DNA from: a virus
Lineage: Duplodnaviria > Caudoviricetes
DNA length: 64,000 bases
IMG/VR virus record: IMGVR_UViG_3300045391_006539
Direction: 5' to 3' (one strand)
The notes beneath the pieces were generated by a model. That model was not told where the DNA came from and searched no databases. It worked only from the letters and a program-made list of their open reading frames with translations. The position numbers and the translations under genes are program-made. The stretch's first letter is position 1. Each line of letters begins with the position of its first letter. Shown one piece after another: positions 38,884 to 47,969 of the stretch.

Positions 38884-40257
38884 ATGCCTTCACTCCTCCG
38901 CTGGAAGTTGCCGAAATCCCGGACTGGGCGTAGACCCATCAGCGTCGCCAAACTCTTGAAGCGGGAAGCAGAGGGTGTCGTCTTCAAGAAGCATGGCTTC
39001 AAGCTCGATGGGGAGACCACCTTTCAAGGACTCGGCATCGCCATCGAGAATGGCGTGGGTTCGACGCGCAAGGGAAAGGATGCTGACGGTACTCCGTGGT
39101 CTATTACCTACAAGTCTCCGTATGGTTATGTGCGGGGGACCAAAGGCGCAGACGGAGAAGAGGTCGATTGCTACGTCGGACCCGAGCGAGATGCCGATAC
39201 CGCTTACGTCGTTCACCAAAAGAAGGATGACGGTAGTTACGACGAAGACACGGTCATGCTGGGCTACGCTTCCAAAGCCGACGCCAAGGCTGACATTCTG
39301 CGTCACTACTCCAATCCCAAGTACGTTGGCGAAGTTGTCCCAGTCGCGATGGACCGGCTCCAGAAGCTTTTCTCTTCAGGCGAGAAACTGGTCAAGATTA
39401 GCGCTGCGACCCATGATTACGACTACCCCGAACTGGACCCTCACGAGACTGGCGGTGCTGCCCGCCCCTGGCGTCGGCGAGAGGAAGCACCTCCGAGAGA
39501 CGAGGTAGAAATCATGCCCACACCCAAGGTCGAGCAGCGCGGAGACTACGCAGGGACCTCTTACGCCGGCACGCTGGCGACTCCAGGTGGCTTCGAGGAC
39601 CTCGGCAAGACGGCGCAAGGCCTTCGGGCACTGAACTACATGAGCCGAGACTGGGTCAAGGAGGGCATGGACCCAGGTACGCCCATGAGCCCGCCCCGCT
39701 TTCCGAAGATGGACCGGGTGCGTGACAACACGCTCGAGCTCCAGAGTCACGGGTTGCACGTCAACGACATCTCGCCCGAATACGTGGCGGATAACAAGGA
39801 AGCGGCAGCACGCCGTGGCTTCTTCGACCATCTGCAGAAGGTGGCCTTCCAGAACGGCATCCCGCCCTGGCGGGGGTCACTCGGAGAGTTCGAGGCCTTC
39901 GTGAGCGAGAAGCTCGCCGAGGTGACGCGTGAACAAGCCAACGAGGCTGTAGAACGCCTCGATGCCATCGAGCACAGCCGGCCCACGCTCGGGCAGCTCT
40001 CGCGGGGCGCCCTCATCGGTTCGCTCGTGGGTCCTATCTCGAGCAACACGAGCAAGCTCATCTCGTCAGGGCATCTACACAGTCCACGAGACATCGCCGG
40101 GCAGATTGCCGGCGGAGTGGTCTTCGGTACGGCAGCACCTCTTCTCAAATACAAGGTCGAGAGCGGCGCCGAGCGCAAGGTCCTCGAGGACTACATCAAC
40201 CAGGGTCACGGGGGGCGTCTCGCCACCCAGATTGAACACAAGCTGGGAGAGTCATGA
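38884..40257 (+). CDS. InPase (inorganic-pyrophosphatase-like, polyvalent-protein type) domain fused to a K-x-A/Gly-zipper region
   Basis: FQGLGIAIEN..GSTRKG..YGYVRGTKGADGEEVDCYVGP..VVHQ..YDEDTVMLG. Confidence 0.7.
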   Translation: MPSLLRWKLPKSRTGRRPISVAKLLKREAEGVVFKKHGFKLDGETTFQGLGIAIENGVGSTRKGKDADGTPWSITYKSPYGYVRGTKGADGEEVDCYVGPERDADTAYVVHQKKDDGSYDEDTVMLGYASKADAKADILRHYSNPKYVGEVVPVAMDRLQKLFSSGEKLVKISAATHDYDYPELDPHETGGAARPWRRREEAPPRDEVEIMPTPKVEQRGDYAGTSYAGTLATPGGFEDLGKTAQGLRALNYMSRDWVKEGMDPGTPMSPPRFPKMDRVRDNTLELQSHGLHVNDISPEYVADNKEAAARRGFFDHLQKVAFQNGIPPWRGSLGEFEAFVSEKLAEVTREQANEAVERLDAIEHSRPTLGQLSRGALIGSLVGPISSNTSKLISSGHLHSPRDIAGQIAGGVVFGTAAPLLKYKVESGAERKVLEDYINQGHGGRLATQIEHKLGES

Positions 40258-40502
40258 AATTCGAATATTGCCTGGAAGCACTGGAGAAGCACGCGGGTCT
40301 CGGTGACAGCCTCAAGCGGCTGGCGCTGACGGAGATTCCGGGTACGAAGCCTTGGGTCATCCAGCCCGCAAAGGCCACGGCCTCAGCAGGCTTTGGCAAG
40401 GCCACGCGCAGTATGAGCGGCGTGCGCCCAGCCACCAAACGACTCGCGAGTGGTGCCTATGACGTGAGCCACATGGCTCGACAGATGGGGCTCGACAAGT
40501 AA
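40254..40502 (+). CDS. Small K-x-A protein
   Basis: LEKHAG at the N-terminus. Confidence 0.55.
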   Translation: MKFEYCLEALEKHAGLGDSLKRLALTEIPGTKPWVIQPAKATASAGFGKATRSMSGVRPATKRLASGAYDVSHMARQMGLDK

Positions 40503-40505
40503 GCC

Positions 40506-41591
40506 ATGCCTGCTTGGATTCACCAGAGGGCGCGGCACATCATGTCCAGGAACCCGGACATGGAGGAAGGACTCGCCTTTGCACTGGCGACACAGCAATC
40601 CCATGCGCTCGGGAAGAGTCCAAAGTCCTACGGTACGGAAGAAGGCCGCTCGACGGCCAAGAAGAAGTACAAGGACCCCAAGGTCATGAAGAAGACCGCC
40701 TTCGTCGAAGCGCTGCCGAGTCTCACGGGACTCGCCACGGGCTATGGTCCAGGGCGCGGCATTGCCGGCAACACGGCGGCCGTGCTCGCGCCCGAGGGCC
40801 GCGTGCATCGGTCGGACAACATGGCCCGCAATCTCGGAGCCGTGGCCGTACCCGTCGGTGGTCTCGTGGCCATGGGCCTCACGCATCACAAGGGCCTGGC
40901 GGGCAAACTCGGCAAGCTGGTCGAGGGCAAGTTCCCAAGAGGCCTCATCGCCGACCCGAACATCGAGCAGGAGCTCGTGCGGGTGGGTACTCCTGCCGCT
41001 GCAGCCATGGGTGGCAGCCTCGCCGGCGGTGCCCTCATGGGTGGCCTCGTGGGTGGCATTCAGAGACTCCGTGGCCCCCTCGGTCGTGACAAGGAGGCCT
41101 CCATCGACATGGGCGCAACCATGTTCACCCTGACCAAGAGCGCCTTCAACACCAACCAGTACTCGGGCGTGATGAACCCACCGAGCATGGTCTACGCGAG
41201 TGGCATTCCAGGCTTCCAAGAACCGCCCGTGAAGACGGCAGGGCCACCGCCGCCCGAGGAGGATGAACCTCTACCCCGGTCCAAGATGGCGAGCGCTCTC
41301 GAACAACTCGAAGAGCGCGAGCTTCATGGGCCTGGCATTCGCGTGCCCAACGTGGTGCTCTCGGCCGTGGAGGATGGCGTGCGCTTTGGTCGGCGCTACG
41401 TGCACGCGGAGGACCAGGAGAAGACGGGTGCCTCGGGCATGTTCACACCCATGAGCCAGCTCGGCAAGGCCAAGAGCGTGGGTCTACCCAAGGTGACCAC
41501 CCCACCCGGTCCCTCCATCGCCCAAATATCGAAACCCACAGGGTTTGGTCGCCCCATCTCGGGAGCCGCGAAGGGCAACAACATCATCTGA
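40506..41591 (+). CDS. Multi-K-x-A glycine-zipper virion protein
   Basis: KKTAF, DKEAS, TKSAF, VKTAG, SKMAS; GGSLAGGALMGGLVGG. Confidence 0.65.
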   Translation: MPAWIHQRARHIMSRNPDMEEGLAFALATQQSHALGKSPKSYGTEEGRSTAKKKYKDPKVMKKTAFVEALPSLTGLATGYGPGRGIAGNTAAVLAPEGRVHRSDNMARNLGAVAVPVGGLVAMGLTHHKGLAGKLGKLVEGKFPRGLIADPNIEQELVRVGTPAAAAMGGSLAGGALMGGLVGGIQRLRGPLGRDKEASIDMGATMFTLTKSAFNTNQYSGVMNPPSMVYASGIPGFQEPPVKTAGPPPPEEDEPLPRSKMASALEQLEERELHGPGIRVPNVVLSAVEDGVRFGRRYVHAEDQEKTGASGMFTPMSQLGKAKSVGLPKVTTPPGPSIAQISKPTGFGRPISGAAKGNNII

Positions 41592-41604
41592 GAACCTGGG
41601 ATAA
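41579..41604 (+). promoter_or_regulatory. Phage promoter-like motif
   Basis: CAACAT-N13-GGGATAA, 8 nt before ATG41613. Confidence 0.6.
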
Positions 41605-41612
41605 TGCCGGTG

Positions 41613-42230
41613 ATGAAAGACACCGGCTGTCCCATCGTGGATAGGTGCCTCGAGTACCTGCGCGCAGCCGCCGACTTGCGCCTCATGGCGACGGTGGGCG
41701 CCGTTCACGAGCTTCTCTACCGCTACGACTCCATCCCCTCGTCGCCTTACCATACGCAACTTCGTGGCTTCATCGCCATCGAAGAGATGGTCAGGGCGAC
41801 AAATTACTACATCCGAGCGCAGGGACGCAACGAGCTCCTGTGCTCCTGCGCTCGCTCTTGGGCAGGGCTGACACAGCAGCTCGACCAGTTGAACGAGCTC
41901 CGTGGGTCGCTCGAGCTCGAACGCACGGAACTCGAACTGCAAGGGGCTCCAAGAACCCTCGAGCTCAGCCTTCCACTCTCTTCCACACGTGAACAGACGG
42001 AAGCACGGTTCCGGCTCTTTCGCGAGTATCGCGTCACGACCCATCTGCTCACCGTCTACGGGGGCATAGAGAACGCCGTGCGAGTCTTGCGCCCATACCT
42101 CAGGAACTATCTGGTCTCGGTGTCTTCCGTGGGCGTAGACCTCACACAGGTCTTTCACGAGGTGTACGGAGAGAAGGCCATTAATGAGATTCTCCAAACG
42201 ACGAACATCATGATGAGTGTGCAGCTATGA
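41613..42230 (+). CDS. Hypothetical protein
   Basis: ORF following the promoter motif. Confidence 0.55.
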   Translation: MKDTGCPIVDRCLEYLRAAADLRLMATVGAVHELLYRYDSIPSSPYHTQLRGFIAIEEMVRATNYYIRAQGRNELLCSCARSWAGLTQQLDQLNELRGSLELERTELELQGAPRTLELSLPLSSTREQTEARFRLFREYRVTTHLLTVYGGIENAVRVLRPYLRNYLVSVSSVGVDLTQVFHEVYGEKAINEILQTTNIMMSVQL

Positions 42231-42556
42231 CGGAACCGAGATACGTCACATTGCGAATGACTGCCGAGCACACACGCCAGCTCGCGGGTGGTGATTGGTG
42301 GAACGGGACTCTCGAGGTGAGCTTCGAGACCCTCTACCCAGACATGGTGGGCATCATCGCCAAAAAACTCGATGGCATGGTGGTTCACGAAGGTGACAGC
42401 ATGAGCGGTCAAATCATCGACATGCTCAAGGAGCAGCTCGAACAGAAAGACCGTGAGATGGCCATCTACAAATTCAACACGGAGGCTGAACTCCAGCGGC
42501 TGCGAGCACTGGAGGCGCAGCTCAATTCCTTGGCTGCAATGCAGGTGATACGATAG
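42227..42556 (+). CDS. Hypothetical coiled-coil protein
   Basis: Coupled ORF. Confidence 0.55.
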   Translation: MTEPRYVTLRMTAEHTRQLAGGDWWNGTLEVSFETLYPDMVGIIAKKLDGMVVHEGDSMSGQIIDMLKEQLEQKDREMAIYKFNTEAELQRLRALEAQLNSLAAMQVIR

Positions 42557-42561
42557 ACCGC

Positions 42562-42924
42562 ATGAAGAGCGAGCAAGACTTCCTCACCTATCTCGACAAG
42601 ACCTCCGAAGCCCTGGAGACCAACGACACGACCTCGACGAGCGCCACTGCCGAGGTCTACTCTTCACAGAAGAGTGAGGAGTGTACCGACCACGAACCCG
42701 TGGAGTTCTCAGACACGGCGCAGAGCAGCAGCAAGGACGTGCGTGAAGGTGTCCTCGACCGCGTGCTCATCCACACGCAGAAGGAGCGGGCCCTCATCGG
42801 CAACATCCTCGACGGCAAGAGCGTCGAAACACAAGCCATCCAACTCCGCCCTGTCGAGAAGGTCTCTCACCCCCGTTCTCAGACATTGATGGAGCAGACC
42901 CGAAATCTCCTCAACCGAGTCTGA
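42562..42924 (+). CDS. Hypothetical protein
   Basis: TACGAT 7 nt upstream of the ATG. Confidence 0.55.
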   Translation: MKSEQDFLTYLDKTSEALETNDTTSTSATAEVYSSQKSEECTDHEPVEFSDTAQSSSKDVREGVLDRVLIHTQKERALIGNILDGKSVETQAIQLRPVEKVSHPRSQTLMEQTRNLLNRV

Positions 42925-42949
42925 AAGACTCACGGTTAGAGAGGAATAA
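42922..42949 (+). promoter_or_regulatory. Phage promoter-like motif upstream of the sigma gene
   Basis: tgAAAGAC-N13-GGAATAA. Confidence 0.5.
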
Positions 42950-42954
42950 CGACC

Positions 42955-43719
42955 ATGGAGGAAACCATGGCAAAGAAAACTCCAATCGACGAGTATTTCT
43001 CGGCAAAACTGGAGAAGCACGCGCAGCGTGACGCACGTGACATCGAGATGTGGCAGACGTGGAAAGGTAACCCCAACCCCACGACGCTCGAGCCCCTCCT
43101 CGACCGCTTCAAACCGACGTTCAATACGGCCGTGCGTAATTGGAAGGCGCCCAATACGAACGAGGCAGCGTTTCGAGCCGAGCTCATGACGCATGCCATC
43201 GGCGCCTTCGAGAACTACGACCCCACGCGTGGTGCGAGCCTGTCGACGCACCTCACTCGGCGCATCGAGAAGGCCAAGCGTTTCAACACGCGAGTCCAGA
43301 ACCTCGCATACATCCCCGAGGACAAGGTCAAGTACATCGGCCCCATCGACTCGGCTGCCGACGACCTGCGTGACGAGCTCAATCGAGACCCGACCCACGC
43401 CGAGATTGGGGCGCGTGTGGGCCTCTCCGGCAAGCGAGTCAAGGAGATTCAGAGTCTACGCCGCGCCGACATCCGTGGCTCGGCCTTCGCGAGCGACCCG
43501 GTGGGCCACACCTCGAGTCGGGACCAGGAAGTCATTTCCCTCTTGCGTCACGAGCTCAAGCCGGGGGATGAACAAACGGTCTTCGACCACATCTACGGTC
43601 TCAACGGCAAGGCCAAGAACGAGAGCACGGGCACCATCGCTCGTCTCATGGGCAAGAGCGAGTCCCAGATATCTCGCATCAAGAATACTATCGCCAACAA
43701 GTACAAGCAGTTCGCTTGA
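42955..43719 (+). CDS. Sigma70-family group 3 (FliA/SigB-like) RNA polymerase sigma factor
   Basis: Region 2 AFENYDPTRGASLSTH; region 3 LRDELNRDPTHAEIGARVG; region 4 HTH TGTIARLMGKSESQISRI. Confidence 0.85.
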   Translation: MEETMAKKTPIDEYFSAKLEKHAQRDARDIEMWQTWKGNPNPTTLEPLLDRFKPTFNTAVRNWKAPNTNEAAFRAELMTHAIGAFENYDPTRGASLSTHLTRRIEKAKRFNTRVQNLAYIPEDKVKYIGPIDSAADDLRDELNRDPTHAEIGARVGLSGKRVKEIQSLRRADIRGSAFASDPVGHTSSRDQEVISLLRHELKPGDEQTVFDHIYGLNGKAKNESTGTIARLMGKSESQISRIKNTIANKYKQFA

Positions 43720-43722
43720 ATA

Positions 43723-43789
43723 GTCCCGCTTCGAGCGGGCATCTGACGGCCATCGAGGGTTTTCTCTGACTTTCCCCTCGGTGGCCGTC
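43723..43789 (+). other. Two tandem stem-loops after the sigma gene
   Basis: GTCCCGC-TTCGA-GCGGGC and a 15-bp stem GACGGCCATCGAGGG/CCCTCGGTGGCCGTC. Confidence 0.6.
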
Positions 43790-43804
43790 GCCATTTGGAG
43801 GTTC

Positions 43805-44086
43805 ATGAACGAAGTAGAAGTGAGAAGTGACGGTAGGACCGTGTGGGTGAACAGTGGGGTCTCTGGAGCGTGCGTCGGGCGCTTCAGTCGGTTCGGTATC
43901 GACATCCACAACGACTTGGAAGTACAGATGGCGAACGGTGGTCAGTGCCTCGACTGCACGCACCACCATCCAAGTCTCGCTGACTGGCAACGGTTTCGCA
44001 AAGGCATGCTCGACTTCTATGAGGTCGAGGTCGAGGAGAAGCATAGACCCCGCTGGGTGAAAGCCGATGACACCCAAGCGCCGTGA
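43805..44086 (+). CDS. Hypothetical protein
   Basis: SD GGAGG; CLDCTH. Confidence 0.55.
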   Translation: MNEVEVRSDGRTVWVNSGVSGACVGRFSRFGIDIHNDLEVQMANGGQCLDCTHHHPSLADWQRFRKGMLDFYEVEVEEKHRPRWVKADDTQAP

Positions 44087-44267
44087 GGAACTACGCGGTC
44101 TCGACGCGTCTCTAACTGTCGAGGAGATGAAAGAGGGCTGGCATTGGTGCGATGAGTTCGATGGACTGCTGACGCAGGGCGAGATAATGAGCGAGAAAGA
44201 CAATCTCGTCTGCCTCTGCGGGTTCGACCGTAGGCGGGTGGACGAGTACCTAGCGGAGAAGAAGTAG
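44067..44267 (+). CDS. Hypothetical protein
   Basis: GWHWCDEFDGLL...CLC. Confidence 0.55.
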   Translation: MTPKRREELRGLDASLTVEEMKEGWHWCDEFDGLLTQGEIMSEKDNLVCLCGFDRRRVDEYLAEKK

Positions 44268-45218
44268 ATGGCACGTTCTGTAAACATACTCCTCGATTCC
44301 ATGTCCCCGCGTGGTCACCGGCTGACCACGTATCTCGTCTCCATCCCGCGCATCCTGCTGGCGGAGTGGAATACGCACTGCGTGTTCGCACGCAACAGTG
44401 CCAGCAGTCGTGCGGTGCCCACGAAAAAGATGATTGAACGGGTCCAGACCGACCCGTTCATCCCCTCGAAGTGGGGCAAGAACCAGAAGGGGATGACGGC
44501 GGTCGAGGAAATCATCGGGGAGCTCGCCTTCGAATGTGAGCGCGAATGGCTGCACGCTCGCGACAACGCGGTCTACCAATCCCAGAAGCTGCTCGAGCTG
44601 GGTGTACACAAGCAGCTCACCAACCGTTTGCTCGAACCCTTCATGTGGCATGAGCTCATCAACACGGCGACCGAGTACTCGAACTTCTTCAATCTGAGGA
44701 ACCACAAGGAGGCTCACCCTGACTTCCAGCCCATCGCCGCCGAGATGGAGAGGCTCTACAGGGTCAATGAGCCCGTCCATCTCGGGGAGGGGTCATGGCA
44801 CGCTCCCTTTGCCAAGTACGACGAGAACCTCGGCTCCCAGATGCGGGAAATCACCGCAGGGCGTTGTGCTCGTCTCAGCTACTTGACCCATGACGGGGCA
44901 TATGACCCGCCTGCCGACATTGGTGTCCATGACAAGCTCCTGAGCAATGGACACATGAGCCCGCTCGAGCATGCAGCTCGTCCCATGGATGACCGGGAGT
45001 ACGAATACTTCTTCAAACAGCCCAAGTTCGAGTGGGACCGCATCAACCAGATGTTCATTCATCTGAGTGACCCAGAAGGCGGCCTTCTTTACACTCACTT
45101 TTGCGCGAAGTTCCAGGGCTGGGTTCAGTACCGCAAAGAGATTCCTCATGAGGAGGACTATCTTGGGTACTTGAAGCAACGTGAGCAGCAAGTAAAAACC
45201 CAGAGCGATGCGGAATGA
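44268..45218 (+). CDS. thyX: Flavin-dependent thymidylate synthase (phage Thy1 type)
   Basis: LAEWNTHCVFARNSASSRAVP, VHKQLTNRLLEPF, NFFNLR, RCARLSYL, HMSPLEH. Confidence 0.88.
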   Translation: MARSVNILLDSMSPRGHRLTTYLVSIPRILLAEWNTHCVFARNSASSRAVPTKKMIERVQTDPFIPSKWGKNQKGMTAVEEIIGELAFECEREWLHARDNAVYQSQKLLELGVHKQLTNRLLEPFMWHELINTATEYSNFFNLRNHKEAHPDFQPIAAEMERLYRVNEPVHLGEGSWHAPFAKYDENLGSQMREITAGRCARLSYLTHDGAYDPPADIGVHDKLLSNGHMSPLEHAARPMDDREYEYFFKQPKFEWDRINQMFIHLSDPEGGLLYTHFCAKFQGWVQYRKEIPHEEDYLGYLKQREQQVKTQSDAE

Positions 45219-45236
45219 GACTGACGGAGGTCCCAT

Positions 45237-45644
45237 ATGACTATGAAGAAGCTCATCGCTCTATCGCTCGTTCTGTTCTGTGGTTGCGAACAACAGGAAG
45301 TCGGCTTCGACACACTGGAAACGGCGCGTCTTCAGGCCCGTGAGAACGCCAAGTGGAATGCCCAGAACTTTCGGCAGAACGACCCACGCTTCACTGGTAT
45401 GGACATAGTAGTTCGAGGTGACAGCACCCAAGCCCCGAACTGCCCACAAGGTGATGGCTGGGCGAGTGTGGACTATCTGTCAACAGACAAAAAGACCACC
45501 ATCAAGGCCAAGTGCTCCACGGTCTCGGCTGCCGTGAGTTGCATGACGGACGAGGATTTCAAGAGCAAGTCGTACGCTCAAGAGGATGGGCACTGCCAGA
45601 ACACCAACAAGGTGCCCTTCCCGTTCCGTAAAATCGTCGAGTGA
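45237..45644 (+). CDS. Putative lipoprotein
   Basis: MKKLIALSLVLFCGC signal peptide with Cys. Confidence 0.6.
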   Translation: MTMKKLIALSLVLFCGCEQQEVGFDTLETARLQARENAKWNAQNFRQNDPRFTGMDIVVRGDSTQAPNCPQGDGWASVDYLSTDKKTTIKAKCSTVSAAVSCMTDEDFKSKSYAQEDGHCQNTNKVPFPFRKIVE

Positions 45645-46321
45645 TGCTCAGCTACCTGCAACAATACGGCTTACAGCTCATCGAGCAGACTCGAGTAGAT
45701 TACGTCATCGGTATCGATGAGGTCGGGCTCGGCGCGTGCGCCGGGCCCCTGCTCGTCTGTGGCGCGGTCTTCGAGAAGAGCTGGCGCCATCCCGAGGTCA
45801 AGGACTCCAAGCAGTTCTCTGGTGGTGGACGCATCGCACACGAGAAGCGCATACGAGTCCTCGAGCAGCACATCAAGCCCGCCGTGCGTTTTCAAGCCTT
45901 GGAACTCGTCACGCACGGTGATATCGACAAGCTCGGGCTGGAAGACGCCGTCCAGGATGCCACTCGGCGTGTCGCCATCCGCTGTACGCGCTACTACCGA
46001 GACCAGCTCGTGGTGGTGGACGGTGACCATTTCCCCCGTCTCAGCCGAGTCAAGGCTGTCGTGGCCATACCCAAGGGTGACGCGCTGGTCCCTGCCGTGA
46101 GTGCCGCCAGCATCATCGCGAAAACGACGCGGGACGCCGCAATGTTGCTTTCTGCAGAGCTATATCCTGGTTACGGCTTCGAACAGCACATGGGCTATGG
46201 CGTCCCCAGTCACATTGAAGCAATCAAACGACTCGGCCCTTGTCAAATCCATCGCTTGAGTTACAAGCCCGTGCGCGACGCAGCAACATCGTGGGCCGCG
46301 CGCCAGCCGATGGTACCCTAA
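45641..46321 (+). CDS. rnhB: Ribonuclease HII
   Basis: GIDEVGLGACAGPL, KDSK, VVDG, KGD..VSAASIIAK..RD, YGFEQHMGY, IHRLSY. Confidence 0.92.
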   Translation: MMLSYLQQYGLQLIEQTRVDYVIGIDEVGLGACAGPLLVCGAVFEKSWRHPEVKDSKQFSGGGRIAHEKRIRVLEQHIKPAVRFQALELVTHGDIDKLGLEDAVQDATRRVAIRCTRYYRDQLVVVDGDHFPRLSRVKAVVAIPKGDALVPAVSAASIIAKTTRDAAMLLSAELYPGYGFEQHMGYGVPSHIEAIKRLGPCQIHRLSYKPVRDAATSWAARQPMVP

Positions 46322-46394
46322 TGAAGCGGCATGTCATCTGGCGAATGTGGCCGCCGAAGCAGGGTGGCATGCCGCCCTTCGGGTAAAATGCGTC

Positions 46395-46616
46395 ATGGCC
46401 GTTTCCATCGAAGAGCGCAATGCCCGTCTCGACGCCCTCGGCACCGCCATCTCTCAGTGGGCGGCACAGCGCCGAGACTACCTGCAGAAACAAGTTGCAT
46501 TCAGTAAACGCTTGCTCAAAGGTAGGACTGGGTCGGAGCGCCTCAACCAAGCCTCCGTGGAGAGCGCGACGGCACTCACCGTAGACCAAATCAACGAATT
46601 TCTTACAGGTGGTTGA
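46395..46616 (+). CDS. Hypothetical protein
   Basis: TAAAAT 5 nt before the ATG. Confidence 0.55.
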   Translation: MAVSIEERNARLDALGTAISQWAAQRRDYLQKQVAFSKRLLKGRTGSERLNQASVESATALTVDQINEFLTGG

Positions 46617-46640
46617 TGCGAGTACCAACTTCACCGGGGA

Positions 46641-46934
46641 GTGAGCATGAGCGAAACTGTAGATGAAGTGGGCGCGGGCACAGAGACACCCGCGCCCCCG
46701 ACGCACGTGAGCGACATCGAACGGCTGACGGTGGCGAATCTGGCGCTGACCAGCCGCGTGCTCTTGAACGACCGCAAAGAGCTCATCGTGCAGCTGCAAA
46801 AGACGGACATCAAGCTCGCCGAGACCCGCGACCTCATCCGTAAGGCGCAGGAAGAACTAGCGAAGAAGTACGGCATCGACTTCTCCAAACAGCAGATTGA
46901 GGTCGATACTGGGCGCATCATCCCCGCACCCTGA
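46641..46934 (+). CDS. Coiled-coil hypothetical protein
   Basis: ORF with SD. Confidence 0.55.
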   Translation: MSMSETVDEVGAGTETPAPPTHVSDIERLTVANLALTSRVLLNDRKELIVQLQKTDIKLAETRDLIRKAQEELAKKYGIDFSKQQIEVDTGRIIPAP

Positions 46935-46946
46935 AAGACCTCATCG

Positions 46947-47969
46947 ATGCCAAACGTAGTCCTCAGCGCCACGCCCATTGCGACGCGCGGCGAAATCATG
47001 CTCGTCGAGCTCCAAGCCGTGACCCAGGACGAGGACTGGGTCGGTCTCTACAGTCAACTGCAGTTCTTCCGCTCGACCCAGGGTCCCTCGGGGCCTTGGG
47101 AGGAGCTCACGGCGCCCACGTGGACGCGGCCGCGACTGCCCGCCGGCGCGGGGGATGCGCCGGTAGACCCCGTCACCGGCCCAGCTCTCTTCATCGTGAA
47201 TGCCGAGCTCGTGCTCGTGAACAACGGGCAGACCCGGACTATCACGTTCACGGGTTCGGACCCTCTCACCACGGCGCAAGCGGCAGCGCAGGTGGTGAGT
47301 CAGGGTGGCGGCCTCTTCGATGCCCATGTCGCCGAGAATGGTCAGTTCGTCGTCGAGGCCACCCTGCCTGGTCTACAGAGCCAGCTCATGGTTTTACCGA
47401 GTGATGGCTCCATCATTCTCGGCTTTTCCACGACCGAGCCGGGCAACACGGCCACTGGTCGTGACGTGCGCCTCGGACTCGTCGAGGGCACGACGACCTA
47501 CCCGCTCATCGACTACTTCGGAAGTCGGGACTACTACTACCGCACGCGCTACTTCGACCCGCTCACGGGCGCCCAGAGCGAGCCGAGCGCCGTCTTTCAG
47601 GTAGGCACCCCCTTACCACCCGAGGACATCGTCATCGGCTGGGTCTCCATGGTGGACGGACGGGGTGTCCCCATGTCGTATGAAGTTCGTGTCTACACGG
47701 AATCCAGTGGTGGACCAGTCGACGCGTTCGTGGTCGTGGGCAGCACCCAGGTTGCCCGCGGCGACGAGAACGGGCGCGCCGAGTTCCGCTTGCTGCGTGG
47801 GCAGCGCGTCAGCGTATCGATTCAGGGCACCAACCTCGTGCGCACGCTCACCGTTCCCATCGACCCGGACGTGACGAGCTTCAACCTACTCGGCAGTGAT
47901 GTCGGGCCCTTCGACGTCTATCGGGCTGCAGTCCCCGAGCTCATCACAGCCGAACGCCGCACGCTGTGA
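46947..47969 (+). CDS. Putative virion structural protein
   Basis: Beta-rich; TITFTGSDPLTTAQAAAQV resembles the sheath insertion repeats. Confidence 0.55.
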   Translation: MPNVVLSATPIATRGEIMLVELQAVTQDEDWVGLYSQLQFFRSTQGPSGPWEELTAPTWTRPRLPAGAGDAPVDPVTGPALFIVNAELVLVNNGQTRTITFTGSDPLTTAQAAAQVVSQGGGLFDAHVAENGQFVVEATLPGLQSQLMVLPSDGSIILGFSTTEPGNTATGRDVRLGLVEGTTTYPLIDYFGSRDYYYRTRYFDPLTGAQSEPSAVFQVGTPLPPEDIVIGWVSMVDGRGVPMSYEVRVYTESSGGPVDAFVVVGSTQVARGDENGRAEFRLLRGQRVSVSIQGTNLVRTLTVPIDPDVTSFNLLGSDVGPFDVYRAAVPELITAERRTL

